The notes under the pieces are model-generated. The model was not told the origin of the DNA. It ran no database searches and saw only the letters and a program-made list of their open reading frames with translations. A program made the translations under genes and the position numbers. Shown here piece after piece: positions 43,477 through 52,169 of a DNA stretch of 64,000 nucleotides. Source of the stretch: Chloroflexota bacterium (GTDB lineage: Bacteria; Chloroflexota; Dehalococcoidia; Dehalococcoidales; JACPPQ01); the NCBI GenBank assembly GCA_016190925.1, contig JACPPQ010000109.1, forward strand, positions 1,614 to 65,613. Reading direction: 5' to 3'. Within the stretch, counting starts at the first letter, position 1. Each line of letters begins with the position of its first letter.

Positions 43477-45288
43477 GTGTACGGTTGGACGGGAAAGATA
43501 TTGAGGGTTGATTTATCCAGGGGAAAGACTTCTATCGAAGAGCTGGACCCAAAGGTGGCCAGGACTTACTTCGGGGGACGCGGACTGGGAGCGCGATACT
43601 TGTTGGACGAGGTTGACCCCGGGATAGAGCCGCTGAGCGAAGGAAACAAGCTCATGTTTGCCGCCGGGCCGGCAACAGGTGCTCCGATAGTGAGTGGAAA
43701 TCGATACAATGTTGTCACCAAGTCTCCGTTGACCGGGACCATTGCTGGACCGAGCTCCGCGGGATTCTGGGCGCCGGAATTGAAATTTGCCGGGTACGAT
43801 ATGGTTATCGTGGAAGGAAAGGCTAAGAATCCGGTATACGTCTGGATAGAAGATGACAAAGTTGAAATCAGGCCTGCGTCTCATCTCTGGGGGAAATCCA
43901 CCAACGAAACCCAGAAGGAAATCCGCAATGAGACCCGGCCGGAAACCAAAGTCGCCAGTATCGGCCCGGCAGGTGAGAGACTGGTCAGGTTTGCCTGCGT
44001 CATAAACGATGAAGGACGGGCGGCAGGGCGCGGAGGTGTTGGGGCTGTTGCCGGCTCAAAGAATTTGAAGGCAATTGCGGTAAGAGGTACTAAAAAAGTT
44101 CCCATAGCTGATACTGTTGAACTGAAGAGAATTGTGACCAGAATCCTGGGAAAGATGCCCAAGCCGTCAGGCCTCTCGCTGGGTGGAACACCATATGTAT
44201 TTGCCAGCGTCCAGGAGATTGGTATATTACCCACCAGGAATTTCCAGACCGGGGTTTTCGAGGGCTGGGAAAAAATAAGCGGTCAAGCGGTCAATAAAGA
44301 AGTGGTCTACAAGCACAGCGCCTGCTACCGCTGCCCGATTGGCTGCGGAAGATTAAGCCGGGTGACCAAGGCCCCCTTTGAAGGCGAAGGGGCAGGACCG
44401 GAATATGAGGGACTGTATGCCCTGGGTTCCAACTGTGGCGTGGATGATTTGTCTGCGGTGGTGAAAGCCTTTTTCCTCTGCAATGAGCTTGGGATGGATG
44501 TCATGAGTTGTGGTGCCACCATTGCTTGCGCCATGGAACTGTCCCAGAAGGGTTTTCTGCCGGAGAAAGACGTTGGAATGAAACTGAATTTCGGCGATGG
44601 CAGGACGCTGGTAGAGATGGTCAGGAAAACGGGGATGAGAGAGGGGTTTGGCGACCTCATCGCCGAGGGTTCCTACCGGCTGGCGGAAAGGTATGGTCAC
44701 CCTGAGCTTTCCATGAGCGTCAAAAAACAGGAACTGGCCGGCTATGACCCGCGTGGCGTGCAGGGACTTGGACTGGGATATGCCGTCTCGACAAGGGGTG
44801 CCTGCCATGTGCGCGGCGAAATCAACAACGCCGAGATTTGGGGAGCGCCTGTGAAACTGGACCGTCTAGCCACGAAGGGCAAGGCCAGCTACCTGATAAC
44901 CATTCAGGATGAGATTGCTGCCAGCGACTCGATGGGGATATGCCAGTTCTGCGGTGGTTACAAGATTGGCGTAGACGCCGTTATCGAAGAGATGGAACTG
45001 GTGAGCGGAGTTGACCTCTGGGCTGAAGGATTCTATCAAATGGGCGAAAGAATATGGAATATGGAAAAGATTTTCAACATGATGGCGGGCTTTACCGCCG
45101 CAGATGATACCCTCCCTAGGAGATTTCTTGAAGAACCCATGCCGGAGGGACCTACCAAAGGGCATGTTTGCAGACTTTGGGAGATGCTGCCCGAATATTA
45201 CCATCTGAGGGGCTGGGATAAAGAGGGAAGGCCAACCAGGGACAAGCTGAAAGAGCTTGGCCTCCTTGAATTTGCCAGGAAAATTTAA
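43477..45288 (+). CDS. aor: Aldehyde:ferredoxin oxidoreductase family (tungstopterin type), paralog 1
   Basis: This 603-aa ORF starts with GTG. The N-terminus reads MYGWTGKILRVDLSRGK. The cluster motif CYRCPIGC and the pterin-region motif GLGYAVSTRGACHVRG are present. Confidence 0.9.
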   Translation: MYGWTGKILRVDLSRGKTSIEELDPKVARTYFGGRGLGARYLLDEVDPGIEPLSEGNKLMFAAGPATGAPIVSGNRYNVVTKSPLTGTIAGPSSAGFWAPELKFAGYDMVIVEGKAKNPVYVWIEDDKVEIRPASHLWGKSTNETQKEIRNETRPETKVASIGPAGERLVRFACVINDEGRAAGRGGVGAVAGSKNLKAIAVRGTKKVPIADTVELKRIVTRILGKMPKPSGLSLGGTPYVFASVQEIGILPTRNFQTGVFEGWEKISGQAVNKEVVYKHSACYRCPIGCGRLSRVTKAPFEGEGAGPEYEGLYALGSNCGVDDLSAVVKAFFLCNELGMDVMSCGATIACAMELSQKGFLPEKDVGMKLNFGDGRTLVEMVRKTGMREGFGDLIAEGSYRLAERYGHPELSMSVKKQELAGYDPRGVQGLGLGYAVSTRGACHVRGEINNAEIWGAPVKLDRLATKGKASYLITIQDEIAASDSMGICQFCGGYKIGVDAVIEEMELVSGVDLWAEGFYQMGERIWNMEKIFNMMAGFTAADDTLPRRFLEEPMPEGPTKGHVCRLWEMLPEYYHLRGWDKEGRPTRDKLKELGLLEFARKI

Positions 45289-45310
45289 TAGTCAACCGAG
45301 GAGTGCAGAA

Positions 45311-46345
45311 ATGCAGAAAGCTAAAGTAATCCAGTGTGGTCTGGGAGCTATAGGTGTAGAGGTAAGCAAATTAATTCTGGAAAAGAAAGATATCGAGCTC
45401 GTGGCCGCAACCGATATCGCAAAACAACTGATAGACAAGGACCTGGGTCAGGTTCTGGGTCTGGAGCGCAAGCTCGGTATAAAAGTGAGGGATGATGCCG
45501 GGGAAGTGTTCAGGAAGACTGATGCCGATGTGGTAGTGGTTACAACCAGCAGCCATTTCGAGCGGATATTCGGCACCGTCAGGGAAGCGCTTTCGGCTGG
45601 CAAGAATGTAATCACCACCTGCGAAGATGCGTGCTTCCCGTGGACCAGAAATCCGGACTTGTCGCGCCAGATTGATGAATTAGCCAAAAGCAAGGGAGTT
45701 ACTTTCCTGGGCACCGGAATAAACCCGGGTTTTATGATGGACTACTTGCCCATAGCCCTCACCGGCATTATGAAAAGGGTGGACAAGGTTCGCATTCGCC
45801 GGGTGGCTAACATGGCTACCTGCGGCCTCACCGATTGGGAACTTTTCGGGTACGGAAAAAAGCTCGAGGCCTTTAACGAAGGGCTGGCTAAAGGGCAAAT
45901 CGGGGGGTTCATCGCCTTCAGGCAGATTATGGAGATGATAGCCCGGGCGCTTCAATGGGGAAAGATAGATTATGAGGAAGAAAAAGAAGGCTTGATTACC
46001 AGGTCCAGGCGGGTGGCCAAGGCCGGTGTGGTGGAGCCGGGCACCGTATACTCGGTCAAACAGACTGCGCGTGGCCTGAAGCAAGGCAAGGAAGTTATTG
46101 CCTTTGAGGAGTTTTTTGTCATCAATCCCAGCCTCGAAGAAGATGATTTGGAAGTTGGAAATTTCGCCACCATCGAGGGAGAGCCATCGGTAGTGGTCAA
46201 TGCCACCGGGCAGCAGGCTTCCCAGATGGCTGCCACGACCGCCGCTCATGTGGTGAACTCGATACCTGCCGTGATTGAGGGGCCGCCGGGATTGCTCACA
46301 GTATATGAGTTACCGCCATCACCTTGCTTGCCGGGGAAGGAATAA
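45311..46345 (+). CDS. DapB-fold dehydrogenase (2,4-diaminopentanoate dehydrogenase / amine dehydrogenase-like), paralog 2
   Basis: The track ORF starts at 45257, but the ATG at 45311 follows GAGGAG. The sequence contains KVIQCGLGAIGVEVSK, FLGTGINPGFMMDYLP and ARALQW. Confidence 0.6.
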   Translation: MQKAKVIQCGLGAIGVEVSKLILEKKDIELVAATDIAKQLIDKDLGQVLGLERKLGIKVRDDAGEVFRKTDADVVVVTTSSHFERIFGTVREALSAGKNVITTCEDACFPWTRNPDLSRQIDELAKSKGVTFLGTGINPGFMMDYLPIALTGIMKRVDKVRIRRVANMATCGLTDWELFGYGKKLEAFNEGLAKGQIGGFIAFRQIMEMIARALQWGKIDYEEEKEGLITRSRRVAKAGVVEPGTVYSVKQTARGLKQGKEVIAFEEFFVINPSLEEDDLEVGNFATIEGEPSVVVNATGQQASQMAATTAAHVVNSIPAVIEGPPGLLTVYELPPSPCLPGKE

Positions 46346-46347
46346 AC

Positions 46348-48228
46348 ATGTCTTTTGATGCGTGCGGATATACGGGAAAGCTATTGAGGGTCGACCTATC
46401 AAGCGGGAAAATTTCAGTCGAGCCGCTGAATATGGCCTGGGCCAGGCAATATATTGGCTGCCAGGGACTGGGCGTGAGATACCTGTTCGAAGAGCTGGCT
46501 CCCGGAATCGACCCTCTGGGACCGGAAAGTAAGATAGTCCTTCTCACAGGACCGCTTACAGGGACTATTGCCCCGTGCTCTCCTAAATACACGCTGATTT
46601 TTAAGTCGCCGCTGACCAATATACTCTACGATAGCACGTCGGGCGGGTATTTCGGTGCCGAGCTTAAATATGCCGGCTACGATGGCCTCATAATAGAAGG
46701 AAAATCGCCAAAACCGGTCTATCTTTTAATCAGAGACCAGAGGGTTGAGCTTCAGGATGCTGCCCGGATTTGGGGTAAAGATACCTTTACCGCCACTGAT
46801 ATGCTCAAACAGTGGTGGGGAGACGACCTGAGAGTTACGGTCATTGGCCTGGCGGGGGAAAACCAGGTCAGATTTGCCAGCGTTCTGACGGAATATGCTA
46901 AAGCCAACGGCAGGGCTGGTGGCGGGGCAGTCTTTGGCGCCAAGAACCTTAAGGCCATAGCGGTCAAAGGCTCCGGCTCGGTAAGTGTGGCCAATCCGGA
47001 GGCACTGGTTGAACTCTCACTGAAATTGATGGCGGAAACCCTGGTTGAAAACCCGGAGCAGCTGGTGTTCACCGGTTGGAAGGGTGGAGAAGGCACTATA
47101 AGCATAATGGACTGGGCTAATGATTATGGCTGCCTGCCCACCAGGAATTTCCAGGCTGGCAGCTTCGACAGAAAAAGCAAGATAGATGCCAGGGAAGTCA
47201 AGAAAATCACCAAGAAGGAGAAAGCCTGCTTCTCCTGTCCTATGGGTTGTGCGCATCAGGTTAAGATAGAGCAAGGCCAGCACAAGGGGACTGGAGTAGG
47301 TAGCTTCGAATACGAGAGCATAGCCATGCTTGGCTCGAACTGCGATATCAGTGACCTGGCTGTCGTTGCCAAACTGAACGAGCTATGCAATAAACATGGC
47401 ATGGATACTATCACCGCAGGAAACGTAATCGGCTGGGCAATGGACTGTTTTGAGAGAGGTCTCCTTACCGAGAAGGATACGAACGGTCTGCCCTTGCGCT
47501 TCGGCAACAATGAGGCCGCCATCGAGTTACTGGAAAAAATTGCTAGGAGAGAGGGAATCGGAGCCCTCCTGGCTGAGGGAGTAGCCAGGGCTTCAGCCAG
47601 AGTCGGGAAAGGCTCGGAAGAATTCGCCATGCATGTCAAAGGGCTGGAAATCCCCGCTTATGACCCCAGGGTAGCCATCGGAATGGGGCTTGCCTATGCC
47701 ACCGCTCCTCCGGGTGCGGCGCATACCCGCGCGTTCCCCATCAGCGGCGCCCTCTTTGGCGGATGGTGGGTTGGTGCCGACCCGGTCAAGCTGGACCCCA
47801 GAAAGCCGGAAAATTTTGCGCAGGTATGCATCCAGCAAAACCACTGGCAGGCTTACCGGTTCAGCACCGGCCACTGCGATTTCGGCCTGCTGGAGCCGGG
47901 ATGGAAACTCCCTGAACTGCTGGAAAACTGTACCGGGTGGCCGGAGATAAAGGACTGGAGAAAAATCGGCGAAAGGATTATCAACACCTACCGGCTATTC
48001 AGCATCAGGGAAGGAATCAGTCGGAAAGATGATACTCTACCTGCAGCATTCTTCAAGAAACCTCTTCCGGCTCCGGCGGAAGGCGCGGTCATCTCTCCGG
48101 AAGATTTCGAATTCATGTTGAACGAGTATTACGAACTCAGAGGCTGGGACCACGAGGGCAGGCCCACTCAGGAAAAGCTGAGAGAGCTTGGTATCCAAGA
48201 ACTTGGACTTAAGATTGGAGTTAGATAG
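46348..48228 (+). CDS. aor: Aldehyde:ferredoxin oxidoreductase family, paralog 2
   Basis: The track ORF starts at 46324. The ATG at 46348 follows GGGGAAGGA and lies 2 nt after the previous stop. The sequence contains YTGKLLRVDLSSGK and CFSCPMGC. Confidence 0.9.
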   Translation: MSFDACGYTGKLLRVDLSSGKISVEPLNMAWARQYIGCQGLGVRYLFEELAPGIDPLGPESKIVLLTGPLTGTIAPCSPKYTLIFKSPLTNILYDSTSGGYFGAELKYAGYDGLIIEGKSPKPVYLLIRDQRVELQDAARIWGKDTFTATDMLKQWWGDDLRVTVIGLAGENQVRFASVLTEYAKANGRAGGGAVFGAKNLKAIAVKGSGSVSVANPEALVELSLKLMAETLVENPEQLVFTGWKGGEGTISIMDWANDYGCLPTRNFQAGSFDRKSKIDAREVKKITKKEKACFSCPMGCAHQVKIEQGQHKGTGVGSFEYESIAMLGSNCDISDLAVVAKLNELCNKHGMDTITAGNVIGWAMDCFERGLLTEKDTNGLPLRFGNNEAAIELLEKIARREGIGALLAEGVARASARVGKGSEEFAMHVKGLEIPAYDPRVAIGMGLAYATAPPGAAHTRAFPISGALFGGWWVGADPVKLDPRKPENFAQVCIQQNHWQAYRFSTGHCDFGLLEPGWKLPELLENCTGWPEIKDWRKIGERIINTYRLFSIREGISRKDDTLPAAFFKKPLPAPAEGAVISPEDFEFMLNEYYELRGWDHEGRPTQEKLRELGIQELGLKIGVR

Positions 48229-48231
48229 AAC

Positions 48232-48690
48232 GTGGCTAAAGTGTTTTCCATAGATGCGAAAAAGTGTACGGGGTGCAAGCTTTGTGAGCTGATTTGCTCC
48301 TTTCACCACAACGGCGTCTTCAAGCCTTCGGTTTCACGGATAAGAGTCAAGCTGAACACCAGGGAAGGCACCGCTCAACCGTTGATATGCCGCCAGTGTA
48401 AAAAATGCACGTGTATAGAGGTATGCAGGCCAGGGGCAATTAGCCAGGATGAGAAAACCGGAGTGATAACCATCGACCATGCTAAATGCACCGGGTGCAA
48501 AGAATGTATATTTACCTGTCCTTTCCAGGCCGTTGGTTTTGAGGAGGAACCGAAAGGAGTTGCAATAGTTTGCGACCACTGTGGAGGCAAGCCAGAATGT
48601 GTAAAAGTCTGCTTTCCCGGAGCACTAAAATATATTGACAAAGAAACATCCTGGGCACCTACCAGGCAAGATACAACGAGTCGAGCTTAA
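48232..48690 (+). CDS. Polyferredoxin with four [4Fe-4S]-type Cys motifs (AorA-like electron-transfer subunit)
   Basis: This 152-aa ORF starts with GTG 3 nt after AOR-2. Its Cys motifs are CTGCKLCELIC, CRQCKKCTCIEVC, CTGCKECIFTC and CDHCGGKPECVKVC. Confidence 0.8.
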   Translation: MAKVFSIDAKKCTGCKLCELICSFHHNGVFKPSVSRIRVKLNTREGTAQPLICRQCKKCTCIEVCRPGAISQDEKTGVITIDHAKCTGCKECIFTCPFQAVGFEEEPKGVAIVCDHCGGKPECVKVCFPGALKYIDKETSWAPTRQDTTSRA

Positions 48691-48720
48691 CGTAAATCAT
48701 AGTAAAATAGGAGGGGTCAT

Positions 48721-49506
48721 ATGACAGTCAGAATTCTTGGTATTTCGGGAAGTCCTCGGCATGGGAACACTGAAATCGCTCTCAAAGAGGCCTTGGCTGG
48801 CGCCGCCGAAGTAAAGGACGTAGAAACGGAGCTGTATAGCATTGTCGGTAAAACGCTAAACCCGTGTACCGGGTGCTTTAAGTGCGGGACTGAAGAAGCT
48901 ACTCCGGAAATTCCCTGTCCGCAGTGGGGAGATGATGACATCACCAAACTGGTCAGAAGAATGAGGGACGATTTTGATGGGTTCGTGATTGGCAACCCGG
49001 TGTATATCGGTACCATCTCTGCCCAGATTAAAATGATTTTCGACAGGGCAATCATGATGACCGAGGGCGGCAGGCTGGGTCCCGTAACTCTAAGAAACAA
49101 GGTCTGCGGTGTTGTGATTAGCTCCTGGGACAGGAACGGAGGACATGATTTAGCCGCAATCGATACCTGGAGATGGGCTATTCTCCACGACATGATAGTG
49201 GTCGGTGTAGGACCGGAGAGAATAGATTGTAACAACTATTGGGCAGGATGTGTGGTTCAGGCCTATACTCCCAATCATCCCGACGGTGGCAAAGGAATCT
49301 GGTGGGCCAAGGCTAATTCGTTAGAGGAGCGGACCGCGGTCAAGTTTGATACACTGGGGCTCGCTCAATGCCGGAACACCGGCCGGCGAGTGGCAGAGTT
49401 GGCCAAAGTAATCAAGGCTGGCTTCGACAGTCTTAGCCGGGAGGATACCTACTGGCCGCGCGGCGGATGCGGAGGTTTTGAAGGGACAGCCTGGGGCAGC
49501 AAATAG
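48721..49506 (+). CDS. Isf-like iron-sulfur flavoprotein, paralog 3
   Basis: This 261-aa ORF begins RILGISGSPRHGNTE. It carries CTGCFKC-x10-C and GNPVYIGTISAQIKMIFDR, plus the shared C-terminal block GRRVAELAKVIKAGF. Confidence 0.65.
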   Translation: MTVRILGISGSPRHGNTEIALKEALAGAAEVKDVETELYSIVGKTLNPCTGCFKCGTEEATPEIPCPQWGDDDITKLVRRMRDDFDGFVIGNPVYIGTISAQIKMIFDRAIMMTEGGRLGPVTLRNKVCGVVISSWDRNGGHDLAAIDTWRWAILHDMIVVGVGPERIDCNNYWAGCVVQAYTPNHPDGGKGIWWAKANSLEERTAVKFDTLGLAQCRNTGRRVAELAKVIKAGFDSLSREDTYWPRGGCGGFEGTAWGSK

Positions 49507-49584
49507 GATACGAATATAAACTTGATAATTAATACAAACGACTTACTAACCGTCTCATATTAAGATAGAATCATGGAAATAGCT

Positions 49585-49672
49585 TCTCCCTTTCGCAAAG
49601 GGAGATTGTGAGGGATTTTCCACGGGTAGGTTGAGGGATTTCAAGTTCCCTACATCCTCTATTCGGAAAGGG
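49585..49672. repeat. Hairpin module TCTCCCTTT-cgc-AAAGGGAGA followed by a duplicated GAGGGATTT motif
   Basis: The 9-bp stem spans 49585..49605. TGTGAGGGATTTTC and TTGAGGGATTTC follow it. The same module type (CCCCCTTT-cgc-AAAGGGGG + GGGGATT x2) occurs at 61035..61068. Confidence 0.75.
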
Positions 49673-49745
49673 GTTACGTCCAGATTATTATGAAACGATT
49701 AGTAAGTGGAATCATTAACTATGTTGCATCATCGAGGAGCTAGCA

Positions 49746-50210
49746 GTGTTGCAGATTGATAAAGAAAAATGTACAGGGTGCAGATTATGTGAGATGATGT
49801 GCTCCTTTCGCCACGAAGGGGAATGCAGCACTGCAAAATCACGTATCAAAATCCTGAAAGATGAAGAATTCGGGAACTGCCTGGTGCTGGTATGCATGAA
49901 CTGTGAAGATGCTCCCTGTGTAGCCAGTTGTCCGACGGAAGCATTCAAAAAAGATGACAATAGCGGAATAGTAGCGCTTGATGAGTCTCTCTGTATCGGG
50001 TGCGAGGCCTGCATTGGCGTCTGCCCGATGGAAACTATAGTTCTGGATAAAGATAAAAACACCGTTTTCAAGTGCGACCTGTGCGGCGGCGACCCTGAAT
50101 GTGTGAAGTGGTGTACCAGGGGAGCGATAAAGGAAAACGACATCGGCTGGCAAGCCAGGCAAGCCTACATCGAGCAGGCAAATAAAATGCGAAGTCCAAA
50201 CAGCGCTTAA
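49746..50210 (+). CDS. Polyferredoxin (AorA-like), paralog 2
   Basis: This 154-aa ORF starts with GTG. Its Cys motifs are CTGCRLCEMMC, CMNCEDAPCVASC, CIGCEACIGVC and CDLCGGDPECVKWC. It is collinear with 48232..48690. Confidence 0.8.
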   Translation: MLQIDKEKCTGCRLCEMMCSFRHEGECSTAKSRIKILKDEEFGNCLVLVCMNCEDAPCVASCPTEAFKKDDNSGIVALDESLCIGCEACIGVCPMETIVLDKDKNTVFKCDLCGGDPECVKWCTRGAIKENDIGWQARQAYIEQANKMRSPNSA

Positions 50211-50235
50211 AACCTCGATAGTTAAGGGAGCAAAA

Positions 50236-52116
50236 ATGCACGGGTGGGCGGGGAAACGACTCAAGGTATACCTGACCGAAGGAAAGCTGGTCGAGGAGGA
50301 GCTAACCGAGGAATTCAGACAGGAGTACCTGGGCGGAAGAGGGTTTAATGTCAGAACCGTATTTGACGAGATAGCTCCGGGAATTGACCCCTTAAGCCCC
50401 GAAAACGTCTTGACAGTATCGACAGGTCCCCTGGCCGGCACTGCGGCACCGGGCATGACCAGGTGGACCGTAACCGCCAAATCTCCATTGACCGGAATAA
50501 TCGGCGACGGCAACGGGGGCAGCGACTTTGCCGCCGAACTCAAATTCGCGGGCTACGACCAGATTGTTGTATACGGGCGGGCTGCCTCGCCGGTCTACTT
50601 GTTTATCAAAGACAGTCGAGTCGAGCTGAGAGACGCATCCAGGCTATGGGGCAAGACGACTTGGGATACCCACAAGTTAATCGTCAAAGAGCTGCATGAC
50701 AGCCAAATCCGCGACTTGATTATCGGGCCGGCAGGGGAAAACCTGGTCCGTTTTGCTAAGATTATCACCAACATGACCAGGGCAGGTGGCAAGTGCGGGA
50801 TGGGGGCGGTCATGGGGTCGAAGAATCTCAAAGCAATAGTAGTGCGCGGGTCTGGCTCGGTCAAAATAGCCAGCCCCGATGCTTTTTATCAAGCCGCCCA
50901 GCAGGCCAACGCTAAGTTGCTGGCTTCGCGTTTTCATCGCCAGGTCCTGGGAGAAGAAGGCACTCCCTATCTTATAAAGTTTCTAACCTCGGAGCGTTCG
51001 TTAACTACAAGAAACTCCCAGGCAGGCTATTTCGAAGGTTGGGAGAAGTTAACTTCGGAGGCATTTGAATCCAGCTACGCAGTTAAACATGGAGCTTGTT
51101 TCTCCTGTCCCATCGCTTGCAGTCATTATTACCGCGTAAAGGATGGGCCATACGCTACTCACGGCGGCTCCAACCAGTTTGGCACGCTCTACCCCTTTAC
51201 TTCCAGGTGCGGAAGTGACAATCTGGCTGCCTCGTTGCACCTGACTACCCTTTGTGACCAGATGGGGATAGATACACATTCCTGTGGGGCGACGATATCA
51301 TTTGCCATGGAGGCCTGGGAAAAGGGATTGATTACTTTTAAGGATACCGATGGGCTTGACCTTTCCTGGGGGAATGCCGACTCAATGATAAAATTGGTAC
51401 AGAAGATAGCATACCGCCAGGGTTTTGGCGATATCCTGGCTGAGGGTTCACTGAGGGCCTCCGCGCAGATTCCTGGTTCAGCTTCCTGCCTGACCGTTGT
51501 CAAGGGACTGGAATGCAGTTCGTACTACCCCGGCGAAGGTGAGCACAAGATAATCGGGCTTGCCTTTGCGACATCGCCGATAGGTGGAAGCCACCATCGG
51601 GGAGGATTCATGGGACTGCACAGCCACCCCAAAGTGAGACAGGCCCTGGGCGAAGAGCTCGCTCGCCACCTTCGTGACCACACCACCTACAAAGGACAGG
51701 GCGTGCTCCTCGTCGTAGAAAACGACTTTGTGGCCGCTCTTAACTCAATGGAAACCTGCCTTCTGCTTTGCCAGTATGGCCTCACCGCGGATGACCTGGC
51801 CGGGCTGGTGTCGGCAGCTACCGGCTTTGACATCGACGGTGATGCGCTGTTGAAGATAGGCGAAAGAGTTTTCAATGTAGAGAGGGCGTTTAATGTGCGT
51901 GAGGGAATCCGGCGTAAAGACGATACCCTGCCTGAGCGTTTCTTTGTTGAAAAGGAAACGCCTTATGGAAAGACCGGCATAAACAAGGCGAAATTCCAGG
52001 AAATGCTGGATGAGTTTTACAGCTTCCGAGGCTGGGATAAAGAAGGTGTCCCAACTAGAAAAAAGCTTGAGGAACTCAATCTCGGATATATCGCGGAGCA
52101 GATTCCGGCTTCCTGA
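50236..52116 (+). CDS. aor: Aldehyde:ferredoxin oxidoreductase family, paralog 3
   Basis: This 626-aa ORF begins MHGWAGKRLKVYLTEGK. It contains CFSCPIAC and GLAFATSPIGGSHHRGG. Confidence 0.9.
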   Translation: MHGWAGKRLKVYLTEGKLVEEELTEEFRQEYLGGRGFNVRTVFDEIAPGIDPLSPENVLTVSTGPLAGTAAPGMTRWTVTAKSPLTGIIGDGNGGSDFAAELKFAGYDQIVVYGRAASPVYLFIKDSRVELRDASRLWGKTTWDTHKLIVKELHDSQIRDLIIGPAGENLVRFAKIITNMTRAGGKCGMGAVMGSKNLKAIVVRGSGSVKIASPDAFYQAAQQANAKLLASRFHRQVLGEEGTPYLIKFLTSERSLTTRNSQAGYFEGWEKLTSEAFESSYAVKHGACFSCPIACSHYYRVKDGPYATHGGSNQFGTLYPFTSRCGSDNLAASLHLTTLCDQMGIDTHSCGATISFAMEAWEKGLITFKDTDGLDLSWGNADSMIKLVQKIAYRQGFGDILAEGSLRASAQIPGSASCLTVVKGLECSSYYPGEGEHKIIGLAFATSPIGGSHHRGGFMGLHSHPKVRQALGEELARHLRDHTTYKGQGVLLVVENDFVAALNSMETCLLLCQYGLTADDLAGLVSAATGFDIDGDALLKIGERVFNVERAFNVREGIRRKDDTLPERFFVEKETPYGKTGINKAKFQEMLDEFYSFRGWDKEGVPTRKKLEELNLGYIAEQIPAS

Positions 52117-52169
52117 AGACCCGGCTTATATGGCGCACTTGAACCGAAGGCTTAATCCCATAGCCTTGA

